64,000 nucleotides of DNA, from NCBI GenBank assembly GCA_965279035.1, contig OZ257142.1, positions 960,001-1,024,000 of the forward strand, written 5' to 3'. Made by a program: the position numbers and the translations under genes. The notes beneath the pieces were generated by a model. It saw only the letters and a list, made by a program, of their open reading frames with translations. It was not told where the DNA came from and did no database searches. Origin of the DNA: Bacteroidia bacterium. GTDB taxonomy: Bacteria > Bacteroidota > Bacteroidia > M30B66. Shown here piece after piece: positions 58,243-64,000 of the stretch; position 1 is the stretch's first letter, and each line of letters starts with the position of its first letter.

Positions 58243-58833
58243 TGTTGAGAAAAGAAAATTCATCCAAAAACCGTTGGGTAGTAAAAGGATAATCCAAAAT
58301 AAATAATCAGAAAGCTCAGTTCGCATAATGCGTAAAGCTTTGCCCATTTGGTTTTCGACTGTTTTGATCGATATCTCAAGATGCTCAGCAATTTCTCTGT
58401 ACGATAATTCTTCAAAGCGACTTAATCGGAAAACCTTCTTGCATTCGGGAGGAAGTTTATCCATTGCCGTTTCAATTCGAATTTTCAATTCTTTTGCTAC
58501 GAGCAGTTCATTTCCATCGTAGTTCTTTTCAGGTGCTGTGTTGTGTGTATTTTCCTGATGTTCTTTTCGCACTTTTAAATGACGAATCACATTCAAGCAA
58601 CGGTTGTGAACCGATTTATATAGATAAGGACGAATCGCAGTTTGAATTTCTAAGCCCGATCTCTGTTCCCAAAATTTTACAAATACCTCTTGAACTATTT
58701 CTTCGGCAGCTTCTTGATCTTCTAATATAGACCAAGCATAACGAGCTAAACGCTCATAGAAAAGGTGAAACAGCTTTTCAAATGCCATTTCATCTCCCGA
58801 TCGTATTTGTTGAAGAATGAGCTGCTCTTCCAT
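58240..58833 (-). CDS. ECF sigma-70 factor (FecI-like Bacteroidota expansion family)
   Basis: AFEKLF, AEEIVQEVFVKFW, YLYKSVHN and LP...LSRFEELSYREIA..LEISIKTVENQM. Confidence 0.93.
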   Translation of the reverse strand: MEEQLILQQIRSGDEMAFEKLFHLFYERLARYAWSILEDQEAAEEIVQEVFVKFWEQRSGLEIQTAIRPYLYKSVHNRCLNVIRHLKVRKEHQENTHNTAPEKNYDGNELLVAKELKIRIETAMDKLPPECKKVFRLSRFEELSYREIAEHLEISIKTVENQMGKALRIMRTELSDYLFWIILLLPNGFWMNFLFST

Positions 58834-58957
58834 TTATCTGCAAATTAACTGAGGAAATTCGATTCTCCTCATTCTAAATTTTTCATTTGTCGAACTTTAA
58901 GCATATTTCAATCAAGATTGTCGGCATTGTCTATATTTGCCACCCGAATCTAATTCT

Positions 58958-59554
58958 ATGAAAAGTATCAACCTCTTAATCAATGTTGTTTTAAGTGTTG
59001 CAGTCATTGTTCTGTTTGCGCTTCATTTCTCATCTCGCAAATCAGGTCAATCGAATGGATCAGGCAGCGTGAATGCTGCTCCTGGAAGTTTGAACATTGT
59101 ATATTTTAATACGGATACTTTGATGGCTCAATATCAAATGTTTGTTGATGAACAAGCGGTGATGGAGAAGAAAACCAAGGATGCGGAGAGTAATTTAGTT
59201 GCAGAACAGAAGAAATTTGAAAAAGAGGCGAATGAATTTCAACAACGCGCTCAATATTTAACCATCACCGATAAAGAAGCAAAGCAAGAAAAGCTGTATC
59301 GCGAGCAACAACGCTTAATGCAATTGGAGCAAACGCTTTCTGCCGATCTTCAAAAAGAAGAATCCGAAGTGAACAAACGCATTTTTGATACGATCGAAGC
59401 CTATTTGGTTGAATATGCGAAAGAAAGAAATTACACCTATGTGCTTTCCTATACACGTGGTGGTGGAATCTGGTTCGCAAACAAAGACTTAGATATTACT
59501 GCTGAAATTGTAAAAGAGTTGAACGAACTCTATAAAAAGAAGAAAGCCGAATAA
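58958..59554 (+). CDS. skp: OmpH/Skp family chaperone with N-terminal membrane anchor
   Basis: IVYFNTDTL, coiled-coil middle, YTYVL and DITAEIVKELN; TATATTTG promoter at 58932-58939. Confidence 0.82.
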   Translation: MKSINLLINVVLSVAVIVLFALHFSSRKSGQSNGSGSVNAAPGSLNIVYFNTDTLMAQYQMFVDEQAVMEKKTKDAESNLVAEQKKFEKEANEFQQRAQYLTITDKEAKQEKLYREQQRLMQLEQTLSADLQKEESEVNKRIFDTIEAYLVEYAKERNYTYVLSYTRGGGIWFANKDLDITAEIVKELNELYKKKKAE

Positions 59555-59575
59555 AAACTATCCGGCTTTTTAGTA

Positions 59576-59661
59576 TGGTGCCCAGGACAAGACTCGAACT
59601 TGCACAAGCTGAGCTCACTACCCCCTCAAAGTAGCGTGTCTACCAATTTCACCACCTGGGC
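59576..59661 (-). tRNA. tRNA-Leu (anticodon GAG)
   Basis: GCCCAGG acceptor stem, D-loop TTGGTA, anticodon arm CTACT-TTGAGGG-GGTAG, long variable arm, GTTCGAG T-loop and encoded CCA. Confidence 0.96.
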
Positions 59662-59700
59662 TTTGAGTCGGCAAAAATAGGAAAAAGATCTGTTAAGCAA

Positions 59701-60216
59701 ATGCTATTCACGCTTTTCATTTGTGGTATGCCGGGAAGTGGAAAGTCGAAGTTTGGGAAGCGACTTTCGAACAGACTTTTATGGAATTTCATCGACCTCG
59801 ATCAATTCATTGAAGAAGAATCGGGGAGTAGTCCTGCAGAGATTATTCAATCCCAAGGCGAATCGGAATTTCGAATTATTGAATCTGCTTGTTTGCGTAA
59901 AATTCAGCCTGAAGTATTAACGATTGTTTCGTGTGGCGGTGGAACTCCGTGTTTTAACGACAACCTAAACTGGATGAAACAACAAGGAGAACTTGCATTC
60001 ATCGACTTGCCTCTTGCAACATTGAAGCAACGTTTAACTCAATCATCGGATTTAGAAAAACGTCCACTTTTGGGAAATTCAGAAAGTGATTTACAATCGA
60101 ATCTTGAAATTCTTTGGAAATCGAGAGAACCATTTTATCGTCAAATAACTTGGTGGATTGATGGTTTGAAAATCAATCTTTCCGAAATTGAATTGGAAGT
60201 GAGAAGTCGGTTTTGA
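59701..60216 (+). CDS. aroK: Shikimate kinase
   Basis: GMPGSGKS, DLD, GESEFR..E, GGGTP and RPLL. Confidence 0.92.
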   Translation: MLFTLFICGMPGSGKSKFGKRLSNRLLWNFIDLDQFIEEESGSSPAEIIQSQGESEFRIIESACLRKIQPEVLTIVSCGGGTPCFNDNLNWMKQQGELAFIDLPLATLKQRLTQSSDLEKRPLLGNSESDLQSNLEILWKSREPFYRQITWWIDGLKINLSEIELEVRSRF

Positions 60217-60218
60217 AT

Positions 60219-60716
60219 TCAATGCAAGAGCACTGAAATTTCATCACTATTCACTTCAACTTCTACATGTTCCTGTAAGGTTGTGGAAAGAGAAAGTCCA
60301 ATGTAATCAGCTTTAATAGGGAATAAATTGTGTGTGCGATCGACTAAAACACAGGTTTGAACCGAATGAAGAGGAAACTGCAAAAAGTAGCGTAAGGCAT
60401 AAGCCATGGTTCTTCCAGAATTCTGAACATCATCAATAATAATTAAGGTAGCATTGTTCAATAAACTTGGTTCAATAGAGCTTATAAGTGGATTACTTAA
60501 AGGATCCGTTTTATTTATTTGTATCGAATGAACGAAATGTTTCGAAGAAGAAAATTTGTTGAGGTATTTACATATAATAGTTGCTATAGCAAATCCTCCT
60601 GTTTGAATTCCTGCGAGAACAAGGTTTGGATTCTTTTGAGTTCTTTCAAGAATTTCCAATGCAATACGTTCAAGTTTCTGATGCGCTTTTTGAGAATCTA
60701 CTATTTGTGAAGGCAT
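60219..60716 (-). CDS. PyrR-like phosphoribosyltransferase
   Basis: RIALEILE, IIDDVQNSGRT, LVDR.H..FPIKADYIG. Confidence 0.82.
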   Translation of the reverse strand: MPSQIVDSQKAHQKLERIALEILERTQKNPNLVLAGIQTGGFAIATIICKYLNKFSSSKHFVHSIQINKTDPLSNPLISSIEPSLLNNATLIIIDDVQNSGRTMAYALRYFLQFPLHSVQTCVLVDRTHNLFPIKADYIGLSLSTTLQEHVEVEVNSDEISVLLH

Positions 60717-60785
60717 GTTTCTAAGTGTGAACGACGAAAATACAAAGTGTTTGAACGATTCCGGTTACCTTTGTTTTAAGTTGGT

Positions 60786-61493
60786 ATGATTCAGCGTATT
60801 TGCATTTTATTATTTCCTTTGATTTTCTTTTTCAAGAATTCATCGCAGGCTCAGGATCAGCTTTTTCTGCGTAATGGAGATGGCATTTTAGATTGCTACA
60901 TATTGAGTGTTTCTGATTCAATCATCTTATTTAGAACCCTCGATCCTACCGATAAACATGAATATGAAATCCCCTATGCTGATACTTATGGGTATTTGCT
61001 AGAAGATGCTGGGCGATTACAATCTGCACAAGATAATGCCTCGAATTTTCAACTCATCTTCTCCCATGAAAAATCGAAACGTCATCCTAAATTCTCTATT
61101 AATCGAGGTCTATTATTTCGTCTCAAAAACGATACTACACTCCTTCCAAGACGTGGTAGAATAACTTCAATTTCTGCCGACAGTATTCAACTAGAAATGA
61201 AACGGAAACATGTCCTCGAACGAGTCAGTTTTGCTTTGAATGATATTGAAATGTTTGGATACACAACAAAGTGGACAGAGTTAGCTACGTTGATTGTTAT
61301 TCCGGCCTCTTCGGTGAAAGAAGGCTCATTACAGTTTTATCGTAAATTATTAATTTCAAAAGGTTGGAAATGGGAAGTGAAATCCATCGCCGAACATGAA
61401 ACACGCTCTTTAAGAGGCAAACGGAAATTCAAACCAGGGCAATTACTCAAATTACCTAAATCCGTCAAAAAGAAGAGTCTCCGTGATAAGTAA
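60786..61493 (+). CDS. Secreted hypothetical protein
   Basis: Signal peptide ending QAQ; TACCTTTG -7 element at 60766-60773; no recognised domain. Confidence 0.6.
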   Translation: MIQRICILLFPLIFFFKNSSQAQDQLFLRNGDGILDCYILSVSDSIILFRTLDPTDKHEYEIPYADTYGYLLEDAGRLQSAQDNASNFQLIFSHEKSKRHPKFSINRGLLFRLKNDTTLLPRRGRITSISADSIQLEMKRKHVLERVSFALNDIEMFGYTTKWTELATLIVIPASSVKEGSLQFYRKLLISKGWKWEVKSIAEHETRSLRGKRKFKPGQLLKLPKSVKKKSLRDK

Positions 61494-62358
61494 GTGTATT
61501 CAATAACTCTTTCAAATCTTCCACTTTATTTGGATATCCTAACTTTTCGTAGGCAGTAATTAAATTCCGAAGTTGTCGTTGAATAATATTGACGTTACTG
61601 CAGCTTTCGTAAAATATCCGGTTGGGTTCTAGCTTGAGTTGCTTCAAAAACGTATCAATTTCCATTCTGCTAAAAACAGCTCCTTTACTAAATGGATTGA
61701 TGTAAAATAGTATCGCCTCTTCTTCATCGGGTGATTCTCTTAGAATATATTCATCCCGATAAGCCAAAATAAAATGCTCAGGCAAATTCACTCCATAAAT
61801 TGGAATATTGAGCCCTTGAGCGATGCAGGAATATAAAATACTTAACAAGAGCGGATTTCCTCGTTTGCTTTCCAATACATTATTAATGTAGGAATTCTGA
61901 GGAGCATGATAATTACTCGTATTTCCTGTAAAATTGTAAACATCAAACAGGATGTGATTAATCACCCGAACCTTTTCAAATGCAGTGAGGTTTGGATTTA
62001 ATTCTAGCCAAACATCTTTTCGAATAAGCTCTATTTGTTGTCGAATATTTTCTTCATCCAAATCGGGATATTGATACCGTGCAATCAGCAGTGTGCCTTG
62101 CAAAAGATCAATTCCTCCCGTAGCTGCCCATAATTTTAATTCTTCTTGTGTAGAACTAAATTGAATGGTTTGTATGATGTCTTCTATCCGACTTTGAAGC
62201 GTATTGTTGAATGTGTTTTCCCACACATTTTCCAATGCTGGAATTACCTCATTTCCCATAGAAAGCAATCGCTCTCTGATTTCACCAAAAATTTCTTCAT
62301 CTGGATCTTCCAGCAAAAGAATCATGGCGTGTAAAGATTTATCGTTCTCTTTTTCCAT
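61465..62358 (-). CDS. SirB1/transglutaminase-like (Transglut_core2) protein
   Basis: LLEDPD, NYHAPQNSYI..VLESKRGNP, GVNLPEHF and YINPF. Confidence 0.85.
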   Translation of the reverse strand: MEKENDKSLHAMILLLEDPDEEIFGEIRERLLSMGNEVIPALENVWENTFNNTLQSRIEDIIQTIQFSSTQEELKLWAATGGIDLLQGTLLIARYQYPDLDEENIRQQIELIRKDVWLELNPNLTAFEKVRVINHILFDVYNFTGNTSNYHAPQNSYINNVLESKRGNPLLLSILYSCIAQGLNIPIYGVNLPEHFILAYRDEYILRESPDEEEAILFYINPFSKGAVFSRMEIDTFLKQLKLEPNRIFYESCSNVNIIQRQLRNLITAYEKLGYPNKVEDLKELLNTLTYHGDSSF

Positions 62359-63230
62359 CAAGCACTTAAACGATCTAAAACGGAAATAATTAAATTTTCC
62401 ATTACAGGCTTATAGTCTTTACTGTATTCCAATGTAGCTCTATTGGCTATGATCGCACAAGCAGTTGCTGATCGATGTCCTAATAACCGCGACAAACCAA
62501 ACAAAGCCGATGTTTCCATTTCGAAATTGGTAATGAGCAATCCATCCTTCTCAAAATCCATCATACGTTCATTCAAATCAGGAACTGCAGGCTTTAATCG
62601 CAACGTTCTTCCTTGTGGTCCATAAAAACCGCATGCAGTAGCTGTAATTCCAGTATAATATCCCGGTTTCAATTTATCAAAAAGTGCCTGATTCGCTTCC
62701 ACTAAATACGGTCTATTGAGAGATTCAGGTAATCGAAGTTGTTTCAAAATGGCTGATAATATTGCTTTTTCCCGATCGTTTTCTTCGAATGAATAAAAAT
62801 GTAATAATCCATCGAAACCCAATCCGTGTGTACTCACAATAACACTATCAACTGGAATATCTTTCACTAAAGTTCCTGAAGTGCCAATGCGAACAATGTC
62901 GAGCGAGCGATGTAAATCTAAAATTCGCCTGTTTTTAAGGTCGATATTCACAAGTGCATCCAGCTCATTCATCACGATATCCAAATTATCAGTGCCTATT
63001 CCTGTGGAAATCGCTGAAATTCTTTTGCCACGATAGCTACCCGTATGTGTGACAAACTCACGGTTTTGAACGCGACATTCGATTGAATCGAAATGCTTGG
63101 AAATGGTTTCAACTCGACCTTGATCGCCTACAACAATAATGGTATCAGCAAGTTGATCAGGTTGAAGTTTTAGATGGTAAATGCTGCCATCAGGATTTAA
63201 AACCAATTCGGAACTAGGGAGTGTCTTCAA
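62358..63230 (-). CDS. Nucleoside phosphorylase (uridine phosphorylase-like)
   Basis: GSIYHL, VGDQGRV, STGIGTDN, RIGTSG, GFYGPQGR and NFEMET; probable TTG start at 63230. Confidence 0.88.
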   Translation of the reverse strand: MKTLPSSELVLNPDGSIYHLKLQPDQLADTIIVVGDQGRVETISKHFDSIECRVQNREFVTHTGSYRGKRISAISTGIGTDNLDIVMNELDALVNIDLKNRRILDLHRSLDIVRIGTSGTLVKDIPVDSVIVSTHGLGFDGLLHFYSFEENDREKAILSAILKQLRLPESLNRPYLVEANQALFDKLKPGYYTGITATACGFYGPQGRTLRLKPAVPDLNERMMDFEKDGLLITNFEMETSALFGLSRLLGHRSATACAIIANRATLEYSKDYKPVMENLIISVLDRLSA

Positions 63231-63274
63231 GTTCTTATGCTTACTTTTGTGCGATTTTAAAGTAAACATTCTGC

Positions 63275-64000
63275 ATGAACACAACAAAAAAAATCCTGCT
63301 AGTTCCTATCGACTTTTCTACACAGAGTTTGATCGCTCTCAACCACGCCGAAGAAATGTCAAAAGCTTTTCAAGGAGAAATTTATCTACTGCATGTTTCT
63401 GAAGAACAAAGTCTGATATCCAGTTTGTTTTCTCGTGAAGATGAAGATAAACTTCAAAATGAGGTGTGGAGAAAAATGACCGAATTAGCTCAATTCACCG
63501 AAGCAAAGAGTAAAGTCAGAACTACACCCTTAGTTGCCAAAGGGAAAATATATGAGGAAATAGTGCGCGCAGCTGAATTGGTTGGTGCAACGTTTATCAT
63601 TATGGGTACAAATGGCTCGGATGGAATTCGTAAACGTTTTATTGGTTCGAATGCCCTTCGCGTTGTGAGAGAATCTCGTACTCCTGTAATTACAATTAAA
63701 GGACAGCCAGAATACAAAGGCATCCGTTCCATTGTATTGCCACTCGATCTTTCTAAAGAAACACGTGAAAAAGTGAATAAGGCAATCGAATTATCTCGCT
63801 TTTTTAATGCGAATATTCATGTTATTTCTGTTTTACTAACGGATTCCGAAGAAGTCGTTACGAAGCTGAAACTTCAAATGGCTCAAGTAAATAGCTTCCT
63901 TACCAAAGCAGAAGTTGAACATACAACCGAAACAATTATTGCAACTGAAAAAAGCGAGGGTCTTGTTCATGAGCTACTTAACTATGCTCAAAAAGTGAAT
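63275..64000 (+). CDS. Universal stress protein (tandem USP domains, runs off the window end)
   Basis: Manual translation MNTTKKILLVPIDFS...LLHV...IIMGTNG...FIGSNALRVVRES..PVITI...IVLPLD; TACTTTTG at 63242-63249. Confidence 0.9.
   Translation, partial: MNTTKKILLVPIDFSTQSLIALNHAEEMSKAFQGEIYLLHVSEEQSLISSLFSREDEDKLQNEVWRKMTELAQFTEAKSKVRTTPLVAKGKIYEEIVRAAELVGATFIIMGTNGSDGIRKRFIGSNALRVVRESRTPVITIKGQPEYKGIRSIVLPLDLSKETREKVNKAIELSRFFNANIHVISVLLTDSEEVVTKLKLQMAQVNSFLTKAEVEHTTETIIATEKSEGLVHELLNYAQKVN

Noticed and set aside
59576-59661. tRNA-Leu as the integration site of an island carrying the ECF/FecR locus
   Set aside because: No integrase, no duplicated tRNA 3' end noticed, and the housekeeping skp gene lies in between.
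902-63732. Numerous 60-110 aa ORFs antisense or out of frame within long genes (e.g. 23427-23762, 24772-25077, 52795-53085, 63490-63732)
   Set aside because: Shadow ORFs of well-supported genes with no recognisable motifs; 63490-63732 is antisense to the USP gene.

Overview
AT-rich chromosomal window from a Bacteroidota bacterium, judged from TAnnTTTG (-7) promoters, T9SS C-terminal domains and ECF/FecR signalling. It is mostly housekeeping genes: argS (partial), arginase, speA, ftsK-lolA, hemF, guaA, mltG, a phosphomannomutase, trmD-rplS, bioB/bioF, rpmH, kup, serC-serA-DUF1015-yggS, skp, tRNA-Leu(GAG), aroK and a partial universal stress protein. I saw no mobile elements or CRISPR arrays. 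Two accessory loci stand out. (1) 50.4-58.8 kb is a cell-surface signalling locus in which the STN-bearing partner of an ECF sigma/FecR pair is not a TonB-dependent receptor but a 16-aa-repeat (putative beta-solenoid) outer-membrane protein. The motif TAGGGG-N15-TTGTC lies both before fecR and before a second operon encoding an STN-less repeat paralog and an STN-less TonB receptor. (2) 35.5-37.6 kb holds four tiny lipoproteins, each with 4 Cys besides the lipidated one, in two divergent pairs, followed by a MauE/DoxX-like membrane protein fused to a CxxC thioredoxin-like domain. Also notable are a FIST/NosP phosphorelay, a 7-heme TPR lipoprotein, an orphan alkB, a secreted CotH kinase and several candidate operators. 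All calls come from reading motifs by eye; no database searches were run, so novelty is unverified.
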